A stretch of DNA of 62,627 nt, counting the filler, from Candidatus Babelota bacterium (GTDB lineage: Bacteria > JAGOBX01): NCBI GenBank assembly GCA_017999075.1. It is 10 parts of 10 records of this genome, joined end to end, with 100 filler letters (N's around TTAATTAATTAA, not from the genome) between each part and the next. Parts side by side here need not be neighbours in the genome. Positions count along the whole stretch, not along the records: positions 26,555 to 31,014 come from JAGOBX010000346.1; positions 31,115 to 35,555 come from JAGOBX010000347.1; positions 35,656 to 40,095 come from JAGOBX010000348.1; positions 40,196 to 44,632 come from JAGOBX010000349.1; 6 more parts are not named here. One strand, written 5' to 3'. The position numbers and the translations under genes were made by a program. Below, one piece after another: positions 30,623 through 41,518 of this stretch (within the stretch, counting starts at the first letter, position 1; each line of letters starts with the position of its first letter). The notes under the pieces are model-generated. The model saw nothing but the letters and a program-made list of their open reading frames with translations. It did not search any database and had not been told where the DNA came from.

Positions 30623-31014
30623 ATGAAGAAAATTATGTCATTTATTTTTATTGTTTCAGTTGGATTATGTTTATTTAATTGTTCAAAAACTGATGAATCT
30701 GCAAGTATTAAATTCGACGAAAAATTTAACGACACAGATATAAATATAAATAAGACTGTAGAGCAGGCATTTAGCGGTCACTGGCGCGGGATATGTAATT
30801 TGAATATTAATCGTAATTATTTACAAAAGCTTAGAGAATCTTTAAATGATAAAAAAAATGGTTCAAAAGAAACCGGACAGTTAACTAAAGAAGAATTTTT
30901 TTTAACAAATTTTTTTATAGATGATATGGATCAACAACCTGATACTATTACGTATTCAGTTTATATCTTTGAATGGTTTATAAATAATAATTATGGTAAA
31001 TCCAATGAATATAC
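30623..31014 (+). CDS. Lipoprotein, truncated at contig end
   Basis: MKK + hydrophobic stretch + LFNC; GAGG RBS. Confidence 0.65.
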
Positions 31015-31214
31015 NNNNNNNNNNNNNNNNNNNNNNNNNNNNNNNNNNNNNNNNNNNNTTAATTAATTAANNNNNNNNNNNNNNNNNNNNNNNNNNNNNN
31101 NNNNNNNNNNNNNNAAATTATTCCANNNNNNNNNNNNNNNNNNNNNNNNNNNNNNNNNNNNNNNNNNNNNNNNNNNGGTTCGAAAGGATTATTGAAATGT
31201 TTAAAAAGTAAGAA

Positions 31215-31493
31215 TTGGCGGGAAAAATAAGTGAACTCCAAAACACAAAAGAAAAAGCGGTTAAAATTTCTCAAAAAAATATTCTTGATATTTCTGAGTT
31301 CGGTGATATATTCTTAAAAACAAAAAAAATTAAAATTAAACATTTAAATGATGCAGTCGAAGATTTTAAAAAAGATTATATAATAAAATCATTGAAAGCA
31401 ACTGACAGCAACATTTCAAAATGTTCTGAACTGCTTGGTATTGATAAAAAAAATTTAAACAGTTTTATTTCTAAATATGAAATTATTTTATAA
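31215..31493 (+). CDS. C-terminal Fis-type HTH fragment (probably of a larger regulator)
   Basis: FKKDYIIKSL...NISKCSELLGIDKKNL; N gap immediately upstream. Confidence 0.65.
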   Translation: MAGKISELQNTKEKAVKISQKNILDISEFGDIFLKTKKIKIKHLNDAVEDFKKDYIIKSLKATDSNISKCSELLGIDKKNLNSFISKYEIIL

Positions 31494-32961
31494 GTTATTC
31501 GGTTTAACTGTAATTATCCATATTATTTTTAATTCCAGCATTTTTGCCCAGACTAAAGATTTTCAAAGACTTTATTCTCAGCTTGAATTAAATTTAATAG
31601 AAGAATTAAAAATTTCTATTGACCTAATGGAACTTGATATTGATAATCTAACTGAATCAGAAGTGGAAGAATTGAATTATTTAACAGGAATCTACTACTA
31701 TAAAACAGGAGATTATAAAACAGCCGTTGAATATTTTAAAAAATCTCTTAAACAACGGTATCCCGAATCAAATTATTATCTTAACAAATGTTATATTTAT
31801 ACGCGCCATGATATTTTAGAATTGGAAATTAAACCTGATATTTTCTCGCTTATAGATTTATCTTCATTTCAGCGCGATACCGCGGCAGCTAAATTAAAAA
31901 TACTCCCGAGAAATTATATCAGGGTCTTATTGACATCAAATGAAAAAACTAAACTTGAAGTTCCTGCAGGAAGTAAAATATTCGGAACCGACAATAATTT
32001 GCTGGGAATCACGGATGAATCAAAAGATTTCACGATCAAATATAATTCTGCACAGAAAATTTCAATTTCAAAGTTCGGAAAAGAAAGTTTTATACGAATC
32101 GAACCATCTTCAAAAATAAACGTCGAAGGAAAAATTTATGAATATCCTGTTGAATTCATTCCAAACGAAAAATCAAAAAATATGTTAATTGTCCTTGAAG
32201 TTCCTCTTGAAGAATATCTTAAATGCGTAATTCCTGCGGAAATATCGCATTTATGGCCTATTGAAATGCTGAAAGCCCAATCAATCGCTGCGCGCACCTA
32301 CGCAGTATATCATATGCTTGCTTCTAAAGTAAATTATTATGATGTTAAATCAGACCAATCGTCTCAGGTATTCGGTTCTTCAACCATAAAAAAACGAAGT
32401 ACAGACAGGGCTGTAGATGAAACAAAAAATATAATAATGACTTACAACAATAAACCTATAATCGCTTATTTTTACGCGGATTCAGGTGGATATACTGAAG
32501 ATCCCGGAGATGTTTGGGGAAGAACTCATCCTTATTTAAAAGCTGAAGACGACAAATTCGCCATGGTTACAAAATGGAAAATAAAAGTTTCAGAAAAATT
32601 TCTCCGAAATATTGTAAATTCGTGCGGAACAGGAACTATAAAAAAAATTGAAAAAATATATCCGCATAAAATAACCAAATCAGGAAGATGGAAAGAAATC
32701 GCATTTGACGACGGAAATAATACTGTAATTGCTGACGGAAATAAAATAAGAAACGCTCTCGGAACATTAAAAATGCAGAGTTTGCTTATTACAGATGTTT
32801 CAAGCGAAAACGGAGATTTTACATTGCAGGGAGTGGGACTAGGGCACGGAGTGGGTCTTCCTCAATGGAGCGGGAAAAATATGGCTGACGCTAATTTTCA
32901 TCATACGGATATTTTAAAAAATTATTATAAAGGCGTAAATTTTGCAGAACTTGAATTCTAA
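31477..32961 (+). CDS. SpoIID/LytB-domain lytic transglycosylase with N-terminal TPR
   Basis: Signal peptide; LEEYL..VIPAE..WP.E.LKAQSIAARTYA, SGGYTE, GHGVGLPQW, IL..YY. Confidence 0.9.
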   Translation: MKLFYKLFGLTVIIHIIFNSSIFAQTKDFQRLYSQLELNLIEELKISIDLMELDIDNLTESEVEELNYLTGIYYYKTGDYKTAVEYFKKSLKQRYPESNYYLNKCYIYTRHDILELEIKPDIFSLIDLSSFQRDTAAAKLKILPRNYIRVLLTSNEKTKLEVPAGSKIFGTDNNLLGITDESKDFTIKYNSAQKISISKFGKESFIRIEPSSKINVEGKIYEYPVEFIPNEKSKNMLIVLEVPLEEYLKCVIPAEISHLWPIEMLKAQSIAARTYAVYHMLASKVNYYDVKSDQSSQVFGSSTIKKRSTDRAVDETKNIIMTYNNKPIIAYFYADSGGYTEDPGDVWGRTHPYLKAEDDKFAMVTKWKIKVSEKFLRNIVNSCGTGTIKKIEKIYPHKITKSGRWKEIAFDDGNNTVIADGNKIRNALGTLKMQSLLITDVSSENGDFTLQGVGLGHGVGLPQWSGKNMADANFHHTDILKNYYKGVNFAELEF

Positions 32962-33853
32962 CGGCAAATCTTATTTCAAAAATGAACTTCTGCTTAAGGC
33001 AAGCGGATATACAATTGCGGCAAAAAACATTATGGACAATCTTTTATCAGGTCTGCATAAAAGCAAACTTTCAGGTTTCAACATAGAATTTTCAGAATAC
33101 AAACAATTTAATACCGGCGATGATGTTAAATATATTGATTGGAAATTGTACGGCAAAACAGAAAAATTATTTATGAAAAAATTCGAAGAAGAAAGCGTTT
33201 TTAACGCATCAATACTTCTTGACATTTCAAATTCAATGGGGTTCACATCAAATTCTTCAGTAAATTTATCTAAACTCGAATATGCAAAATTCACAGCCGC
33301 ATGTTTGATATACAAAATACTTCAGCAGAATGATTATTTCGAATTTACGGTATTCAATGATAATTCCGTCAATCTGATTGACACCACAAATTCTCTTTCC
33401 ATCATAAAAAAAGTAGACGATATATTTCTGAAAATAGAGCCTTCTGGCAAAACCGATTATCTTAAAGTTTTCACCGATTATTTGTCAAAACTAAAAAAAC
33501 GAAAACTTCTAATTATTATTTCTGACCTTATTTCAGAAAATAAAAATATTAATTTTCAGGATATAATTTCAAAGATTATCCTATTGCGTAATTCAGGAAA
33601 TAATGTAATATTCATTCAAATACTTGACGATGCAGAAATTAATTTTAATCTTGAAGGAATATCTGAATTTATTTCTATGGAAAACGATTCCAGACTTTTT
33701 ATAGATCCTGTCAAAATTAAAGAAAAATATGTCAGTCTTATGAAACGGTTCCTGGGAAATATTGAAACTGAACTTTTGTCAAACGGCATAAAATACAGAT
33801 TGTTCAACACATCTGTAGATATTGAAAAAAATATTTTAAAACTATTCGGGTGA
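32942..33853 (+). CDS. DUF58 (MoxR-associated, VWA-like) protein
   Basis: G.HKS..GFNIEFSEYK...GDDVKYIDWK, LDISNSM, IISDL. Confidence 0.9.
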   Translation: MQNLNSNGKSYFKNELLLKASGYTIAAKNIMDNLLSGLHKSKLSGFNIEFSEYKQFNTGDDVKYIDWKLYGKTEKLFMKKFEEESVFNASILLDISNSMGFTSNSSVNLSKLEYAKFTAACLIYKILQQNDYFEFTVFNDNSVNLIDTTNSLSIIKKVDDIFLKIEPSGKTDYLKVFTDYLSKLKKRKLLIIISDLISENKNINFQDIISKIILLRNSGNNVIFIQILDDAEINFNLEGISEFISMENDSRLFIDPVKIKEKYVSLMKRFLGNIETELLSNGIKYRLFNTSVDIEKNILKLFG

Positions 33854-35555
33854 CCATGTTATTATTCTGGCAATCTCCATATTTTTTATTTTTTCTGCCT
33901 GCAATTATTCTGCCGGTAATAATACATCTTCTACAACGAAAAAAATTCAAAAAAGTTTTTTTTTCAAATATGCTCATATTGTCGATTGCATCGTCCAATC
34001 TTGCTTATAAACTCAAATTGTATAACATCCTGAATTTAATAATCAGAACACTTATAATATTACTGCTTATATTATATTTTTCAAAACCGTTTATAAGCAT
34101 CTCCGGGGAATCCAGATCAAATTCTTCCAACTTCAATTTTAATTCTTATACTTTTTTTATAGATCTTTCTCCATCAATGTTAACACTTGTGCCAAATTCC
34201 GAAAAGACAGTTCTTGAACATACAAAAGATTTATTGTCTAATTATATAACCGGCAGGGAAAACGCAAAAACTTCCGATAAAATAAAATTTTTGCAGTTTG
34301 ATGAACATAACAACTACAGGATTATAGACAAAAAAAATGAAAAAATAACTTTTATCAATAAACTTGAGGTCAGCAATAATTTCAATATTAAAAGCAAATT
34401 AAACAAAATCATCAGTCATTTTTCCGCAAACAAAAACGATGCGCTTATTATTGTAACCCCTAAATTTTCATATTCCGATTATAATCTTATTTCAGACACA
34501 TCTTCAATGAATATCATAATGTGTTCGCCTTCAAACTCAGGAAGCAATGCAGGAATCAGATCAGTAAACATTTTAAAAAAAATCTATTCAATAACCGAAC
34601 CTGTAATTATTAACTCCGTTTTATATTCAAATTTTGAACATCAGAATTTTTTAAAAATATTTTCAATAACAGAAAACGGGAAAAAACTCGTTGACGAATT
34701 TAATATAAATCTAAAAAAAGGTGAAAATACAGTTTCTTTCAAATTAAATCTGAAAAATTTTAACGGAAAATTTTTCTATGCAGAAATCATGAAAGATATT
34801 CTTGAAATCGACAACGGTTATTTTTTCAATATTGACTTTACCGAACCAGTAAACACTGTTCTAATAGAAAATTCACCTGATTCAAATGTTACAGAACAAT
34901 TGTTAAAAAGTTCAAATTATAATATTTTATCAAAAAAAAATTTGTTATCTGCATCAGATTTTGATATTAAAAAAAACGGTCTTATTTTTATAAATAACCT
35001 AAACAGCATTCCACTTTCACTGGTTCAGCTTTTAAAACAATATGTTATGACAGGAGGAAATTTAGCAATAATTCCTGACGAAACAATCAATCCTAATATT
35101 CTAAACGATTATTTGGGCAAACAATATGCCAACGAAGAACCATTACTTCCGGTTTTCACAACAGGTTTATCCGAAAATGAATTTTTCAAAAATCCCGGTT
35201 TCAGTTTTATAACGCAATTAGAAAAAATGCCCGTAAAACAATGTTTCAACTCAAAACCTTACCTTGGCAGTAATCACGAAAATATTATATTTTTTTCAAA
35301 CAATAATCCTGCAGCTGTTTTCAAGGAATTCGGCAAAGGAAAAATCATATTATTTTTTTATACTCACAAATTAAAAAACGGTTCATTCACTCTTACTCCG
35401 GATTATTTTTTTATTTTTAATCAGATAATGAATTCGATATTCAAATCTTCAAATATTGAATATACTGTTAACAGCATCAATGATTATGAAAAATTTTCAG
35501 AAGTTTCATTAAATAAGATTTCAAATATCGGTACAGGAATTTATTTCAATGACAA
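33850..35555 (+). CDS. BatA N-terminal domain protein, truncated
   Basis: PVIIHLL.RKK.KKV.FS...L..R.LII...SKP, followed by a degenerate VWA-like DLSPSM. Confidence 0.8.
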
Positions 35556-35655
35556 NNNNNNNNNNNNNNNNNNNNNNNNNNNNNNNNNNNNNNNNNNNNT
35601 TAATTAATTAANNNNNNNNNNNNNNNNNNNNNNNNNNNNNNNNNNNNNNNNNNNN

Positions 35656-35728
35656 ACACAGAAGTTAAGCTTCTCATCGCCAATGGTACTGCATGGAACA
35701 CTGTGCGGGAGAGTAGGACGCTGCCAGA
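35656..35728 (+). rRNA. rrf: 5S rRNA, 3' portion
   Basis: ACACAGAAGTTAAGC...CGCCAATGGTACTGC...GGGAGAGTAGGACGCTGCC at contig start. Confidence 0.9.
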
Positions 35729-35747
35729 CTCGGAATTATAAATTCAT

Positions 35748-35779
35748 AAAAAACCTCTTCTGAAAAGAAGAGGTTTTTT
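35748..35779 (+). terminator. Bidirectional intrinsic terminator after 5S rRNA
   Basis: AAAAAACCTCTTCT-GAAA-AGAAGAGGTTTTTT. Confidence 0.85.
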
Positions 35780-35882
35780 ATTACCTAAAAGAGTTTTACT
35801 TTCGTTAATATAATTATAACTTCTTTTTTAAAAATAATTTATTGCCCAATTCATGAAATATTCATTCTATATTTTTACTTAC

Positions 35883-37784
35883 CTACCTGGCTTTAGCTTT
35901 GAACTGAAATAACTCATCAAAAAGAAAATTAACATGATTACGTGAAGAAAAATTTCCTATCTCAGAATCATCCGCAATATCAAGAACCGACTCTACAACT
36001 TTTGAACTTTCTGTATTTATTATGCATTTAGCATTATTTCCAATTACCGCAAATTTTTTAGGTCTCCTGCGATCCTGATATGCAACACTAACAAAAGATG
36101 ACGTTGTCCGTCTAAAAACTGATTTACCTTGAAAATTATCACTATAATCGGCCTCCATCAAATCAAATAGCGTCGGAAATATATCCATATTTGAAGTAAC
36201 AACATCCGGTTTTTGTAAATTTTTAAATTTATCCGGTACAATAATCGCAAGAGGAACTTTTGTCTGAAAATTATTGAGCGAACTTGCATGAAAATAGTTT
36301 CCCTGATCTCCAAACTCCTCGCCATGATCTGATGTAATAATTACAATAGTATTTTTGTCCTTACCCGTACTCACTAATTTATTAATTATTTTATTTATTA
36401 AACTATCTGCATAAAGCAGGCTGTTCTTATATGAATTAATTAACTCCGGTTGCAATTTTTCCAGAAATAAATAATCTTTAGTTGACAACGGTTTTTCTAA
36501 AAAAGGTTTATTATGCTGAAATTCTTTAGGAAAAGTATACGGATAATGCATTGAATCAAAAAATAATCCGTATAGAAAATTATTTTTAACTGATGAAATT
36601 TCAGAAAGCAAATCCTCCACCATTCTACTATCCCTTTCACATCCTCTTGAAGAAAAAGAAGCATAATCTTTGTTTGTATCAAAATTCTGTTTTAAAAAAT
36701 AATCCATATGATGCCAAGACGAATCTCCTGATACATAAAACAATGTATTATAATTATTCTTCTTAAAAACTTCAAATGGAAAAGATTTCTTTCTTTTCGT
36801 CTTCACCTCTTCACTATAATGGGGATTAAGCGAGTAAATAATGCCGAAAACTCCCATATGAGTCGAATTTGATGCCGAGTAATTCTTTGTGAAAAAGAAT
36901 CCCTTTTCTTCAACAAGTTTCATTGTGTTAGGAAAGTTTTCGCTATTAAAATAATCAGATCTGGTTGACTCCAAGATTAGGAGAAGAACGTTATATTTAT
37001 GCTTTAAAATAACATTTTTATCAATTGGATATATTGAATCTAACGTAGAATCAAGTAAAAAATCATAACTTTCTTTTTCATCTTTTATATCCAATTTTAA
37101 TTTTTCAGTTAATATTTCGTGTATTCTAACAATATAGCTCAAATAAAAAACCGGGATATTTCTTTTTAATTGAGAAGTGTAAGCCGGAGAATAAATAAGA
37201 TTAATGGAGAGAAATACTTTTTCTATTATGAGCACAAGTAATACAAATATTGCAATACGCTTCCATATTTTTTTTTCTGCAAGTACAAATGGCTTATTAA
37301 CTCTCTTAAGAATGCGAACAAGTGTCAGGTAAAACAATAATCCAAATAACACAAGAAAAGACACATAAGCAATAAATGAAAAAATAGAAATTCCACTTGC
37401 TGAAAAAAAATTCGGCTGAAGAATCTCCGATATTATATAAGAATTTATGTGGAATCCGTATATGGAAAGTATTATCACGTCGACAACTGAAATCAGCACA
37501 TCAAGAGTAAAAACACAGACAAAAACTGAAAGCGGAGGTAATTTTTTAAAAAGTTTATAAACAAATAAAATACCAACAAAAATCAGAGATATTTCTATTA
37601 GTGTATGAGAGACTATTGCTACAACAGAATGAATCCGATAAAATATTGATATATTTGTATTCAAAATATCACGAATATATAATATATTGACAGGTGTTTT
37701 AACAATAGAAAAAATGACAACCATTAATAAAAATCTTTTAAGAAATAAATTTTTCTGATTATTATAGATAAAAAACTTTTTCAT
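35883..37784 (-). CDS. Membrane-anchored alkaline-phosphatase-superfamily protein (YejM/LTA-synthase-like sulfatase domain)
   Basis: About 5 N-terminal TMs; LILESTR, SNST, HYPY, TSDHGEEF, HAS, VPL, DIFPTL. Confidence 0.8.
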   Translation of the reverse strand: MKKFFIYNNQKNLFLKRFLLMVVIFSIVKTPVNILYIRDILNTNISIFYRIHSVVAIVSHTLIEISLIFVGILFVYKLFKKLPPLSVFVCVFTLDVLISVVDVIILSIYGFHINSYIISEILQPNFFSASGISIFSFIAYVSFLVLFGLLFYLTLVRILKRVNKPFVLAEKKIWKRIAIFVLLVLIIEKVFLSINLIYSPAYTSQLKRNIPVFYLSYIVRIHEILTEKLKLDIKDEKESYDFLLDSTLDSIYPIDKNVILKHKYNVLLLILESTRSDYFNSENFPNTMKLVEEKGFFFTKNYSASNSTHMGVFGIIYSLNPHYSEEVKTKRKKSFPFEVFKKNNYNTLFYVSGDSSWHHMDYFLKQNFDTNKDYASFSSRGCERDSRMVEDLLSEISSVKNNFLYGLFFDSMHYPYTFPKEFQHNKPFLEKPLSTKDYLFLEKLQPELINSYKNSLLYADSLINKIINKLVSTGKDKNTIVIITSDHGEEFGDQGNYFHASSLNNFQTKVPLAIIVPDKFKNLQKPDVVTSNMDIFPTLFDLMEADYSDNFQGKSVFRRTTSSFVSVAYQDRRRPKKFAVIGNNAKCIINTESSKVVESVLDIADDSEIGNFSSRNHVNFLFDELFQFKAKAR

Positions 37785-37837
37785 GGTTTATCCGTCCAAT
37801 TGACCTCAAATAACATATCGTTTACTGCAGTCTATTA

Positions 37838-39247
37838 CTATTTTCCAAATACCGATCCCAAACTGTATTTATAAACTTCTCGCATCAATTCCTGGGCATC
37901 TTTTCCCTTCTGCAGTCTCGGCTGAGAATGATTATATATGAGGTATGGTATCAGTTCAGTCGATATATGCTTCTTTCCGTAAAAATGATGCCGGGCAATC
38001 ATTCCTCTGCGGTGGTTTACCGTCTGCATCTGATCAAATAAAAAATTACCGAGTCCGTAAGATATAAACTTTCCGCCGTGAAATTCCAATCCCATCGCAC
38101 GATGCGAAGAAGAAGATACCATTATTGTCGCGCCCATCTCGGCAGCTTTTCTGAAATATTCTTTTTGAATGGGATATGGAACAGGATCGTTTTCATTGCC
38201 CCATTGAACCGAAACAAAAACAAAATCAGCATTCGAGACGGCTTCGCTTACAGCCGCAAAATACTTAGTCTCAGTCAATCTGCATGCTCCAGGCTGATCA
38301 GCGCTTGCCCATGCCTCAGCAGGCCCCCATTGATTGAATCCGATAAATGCGAATTTGCGACCGCGCACATTTATATATTTTATCTCAGAAGCTTCTTTTT
38401 CATTAAGCCCGCCGCCGAAGTAATTTATTCCGTTCTTTTTATATAGCTCAATCGTCTTTGTGTTATCATCACGGCCGTAATCATTGTTATGATTTCCGGT
38501 AAGTTCAATCATATTAAATCCCGATTTTTTCAATATCTCAAAGTAGCGGTAAGGAGAGCAGAACTTCATGCGGTTAGGAAAAGGATATGAGCAGTTTTCA
38601 TCAAATGAAACTTCATTCGACGTAATAGAAATATCTGCTGCAGAAGTAATACGCCATGTTTCTTTTACAGGCTCACTGACATCATCTCCCTTATCAACTG
38701 CAGGAATAAATGCCCTCGTCATAGCAGTAACACCGGTCTGAATCACGCTGACATGTTCAGAATCACTCCAGGAGGGCACATAATCGCGCCAGAGCGGATA
38801 TCCTGAAGATGAACTGAGAACATAATCAGAGTCAATTTCCCCCCATGGCAAAAAACCGTCTATGTAAAGCGTTTTGGCGCATGGGCTCAAGGCTTCTACA
38901 GAACATATTCCGAGAAAACCTTTACTGGAATAATCCGCTGCCCTAAAATAATCAGATTCCGTAAATTTAAGCCGGGAATATTCTTTTCGAAGATAAGATG
39001 ATATTTTTTTCTCCGCAAATATTTTTATCGGAATATTTTCTCCTCCGATATCCCTGAAATTACTGATTTTCCCTTCCAGAATCTGACCGGCCTGCTCGGA
39101 TGTTATATTTGAAATCACTGAAGTAAAATGAACCTGAATAAAAAGAGGGCCTGCTGTTGAAGATTCAGCTTCCTGATGCATAAATAACGGCATAAAAAAA
39201 GCCGTTATCAATATAAACTTTTTGATCTTATCTGCAGCTATAAACAT
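37838..39247 (-). CDS. CapA/PGA_cap-family metallophosphoesterase-like protein
   Basis: SNEV, LTGNHNNDYG, QWG.E, SSSH, YGLGNFLFDQ; signal peptide. Confidence 0.85.
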   Translation of the reverse strand: MFIAADKIKKFILITAFFMPLFMHQEAESSTAGPLFIQVHFTSVISNITSEQAGQILEGKISNFRDIGGENIPIKIFAEKKISSYLRKEYSRLKFTESDYFRAADYSSKGFLGICSVEALSPCAKTLYIDGFLPWGEIDSDYVLSSSSGYPLWRDYVPSWSDSEHVSVIQTGVTAMTRAFIPAVDKGDDVSEPVKETWRITSAADISITSNEVSFDENCSYPFPNRMKFCSPYRYFEILKKSGFNMIELTGNHNNDYGRDDNTKTIELYKKNGINYFGGGLNEKEASEIKYINVRGRKFAFIGFNQWGPAEAWASADQPGACRLTETKYFAAVSEAVSNADFVFVSVQWGNENDPVPYPIQKEYFRKAAEMGATIMVSSSSHRAMGLEFHGGKFISYGLGNFLFDQMQTVNHRRGMIARHHFYGKKHISTELIPYLIYNHSQPRLQKGKDAQELMREVYKYSLGSVFGK

Positions 39248-39344
39248 CTAAGTCTCCGGTTATAATTTTATATTACGTAAGAGTTAATCAGATTTCGCAG
39301 CTGTCAAATATTTTACATTACACCAAAAGAGACTGATGACATAA

Positions 39345-39374
39345 CAAAAAAGGCAGACCTGCGCAGTCTGCCTT
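39345..39374 (-). terminator. Intrinsic terminator after the SPOR gene
   Basis: Minus strand AAGGCAGAC-TGCGCAG-GTCTGCCTT followed by a T run. Confidence 0.8.
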
Positions 39375-39395
39375 CGGATCAAGCTATTTATAAAT

Positions 39396-40095
39396 TTATA
39401 GTTCCTTAACTATAAACGATTCAGAGTATCTGCTTTCTTCCTGTACTTTATCAAGAAGATCAGATGCTTCAGATTTAGTCGCAAGGCGTCCTATTTTTAC
39501 TCTGAAATACATCTGTCCGTCAACACTTGTCTTGTCGATATAAGCATCAAAATGAAGCGATTTTAGATATGAAACTTCCGATTTAGCCTTTGAAAGAGTA
39601 TCAAAAGAGGCTACCTGGACAGCAAATTTTCCTTTAGAAACCGGCAGACGTACTTCAGAATTCTTTCTGCTGACTGAAGCAAACGCAGGTTTAACATTTG
39701 TATTTTTTACTGCTGAGTCATGTTTTTTTGTTGAAGCAATTTTATTGTTTTTCTTATGCTTGGATGCAATTTTAGGTTTAGAACTGTGAACCGGACTATC
39801 ATTATTCTTTGCAGAAAGAATTGTTTTTTCTTCCTTCTCATCCAAATCAGGTTTTACACTCTGATTATCAGCAAATAAAGGATCTTTTACACTCTGAATA
39901 CCTGTTTCTTTAGAGCCCAAATCAGTTTGTGTTCCCGAAGAAGGAACTTCATCAGGAATAGTACTCAAAGGATCTCCGGTTATAAATCCGTTGTCTGTCG
40001 ACGTTGTTGCAGTTTCCGGAAGTTTAACTGATTCATCATCAGATATTTTCATTCCGATAAGAAATGTAACCGCAACAATCGCTACAATAATAAAA
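39396..40095 (-). CDS. SPOR-domain cell-division protein (FtsN/DedD-like), 5' truncated
   Basis: Frame is open to the contig end with a TM (FIIVAIVAVTFLIG), low-complexity linker, then FAVQVASF...YFRVKIG. Confidence 0.8.
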
Positions 40096-40300
40096 NNNNN
40101 NNNNNNNNNNNNNNNNNNNNNNNNNNNNNNNNNNNNNNNTTAATTAATTAANNNNNNNNNNNNNNNNNNNNNNNNNNNNNNNNNNNNNNNNNNNNATGAA
40201 ATCCGATTTTTTATTTTTCCAACCACATCCAAAAAATAATATAATTTGTAAANNNNNNNNNNNNNNNNNNNNNNNNNNNNNNNNNNNNNNNNNNNNNNNN

Positions 40301-41518
40301 CATATCCCTGCATTTTTTAATAATGCCGGTATAAAAATTATTTGAAGGAGTAATCTGTACAGAATTTTCGTGTTCAATAGCATAATTCAATAACCCTACA
40401 CTTACAGCATATTCTGCTTTTTTAACATAATCGCTTACTCCAGTAATGTTTGAAGGTATTCCTGCCCGCGCAGGAAGTTCTAAAATTTTTTCACAAAGAT
40501 CAAGTATTCCTCTTGTTTCTGCAACTCCTCCTGTTAATACTATTCCGCAAATACAATTATCAAAAACATCAGGAGATTTTTTTTCAATATCATTTTTTAA
40601 TTTTTCAAACAAAGAAACAATGCTTTTATTTATTACTTTAACAAGCTCTATTCTCTTTATTTTTTGAAGCTGCATTGAACCAACAAGCTGAATTTCAATT
40701 TCTTCATCAGGATCACAATGTTCTATAATAGCGCTGCCGTATTTTATTTTTATACGCTCTGCTTCGTTAAAAGATACTGTAAAATTTTTTGAAATATTAA
40801 GTGTTATAATATCTCCTCCTGTATCAAATGACGATATTGTTGATATGCTGCCGTTTTCAAAGGCTGCTATATCAGTAGTTCCAGCGCCTATATCAATAAG
40901 TAAAGCTCCTAAATTTTTTTCTTCTTCATTTAAAACAGAATAACTTCCAGCAAACGAATTTATTGCATAATTATCTATATTTAAAGAAATATCGTTGACG
41001 CTTTTCATTAAGTTATGAAAAACACTTGTTTCGACAGTAACAACTAAAGCTTTTACTTCTAACCTCCACCCGGACATATTTGTAGGGTCTTTTATTCCGC
41101 CTTCGCCGTCAACAATAAATTCTTTAGGCAATATGTTAAGTATTTCAAAATCTCCATTCATTTTAAATGCTTTTGCCAGATCTACGGCTCTATTTATATC
41201 AACAGCAGAAATTTCTTTATCAGGTCTTGCAACTGCAGTAACTCCTACTTTTTCAAAACAGTTTATACGGTTGCCGCTTACTCCTATTGTTACATTTCTT
41301 ATTTCTCTTCCAGACATAGTTTCAGCTTCTTCAACAGCTTTAGCTATAGCATTTGATGTTTTATCTATTTCAACAACCACTCCGTTTTTTAATCCTTCTG
41401 ATTTTGACCTTCCAAAACCGAGTATATTCAGTTCTTTTGTTTGGGAATTATATTCTCCAACGATTACAACTATTTTGCTTGTGCCGATATCTATAATCGC
41501 CTTATAATCGTCAATCAT
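40301..41518 (-). CDS. ftsA: Cell division protein FtsA (3' end in N gap)
   Basis: IDIGTSK, G.RLEV, IDIGAGTTD, AERIKIKYG, VLTGG. Confidence 0.93.
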
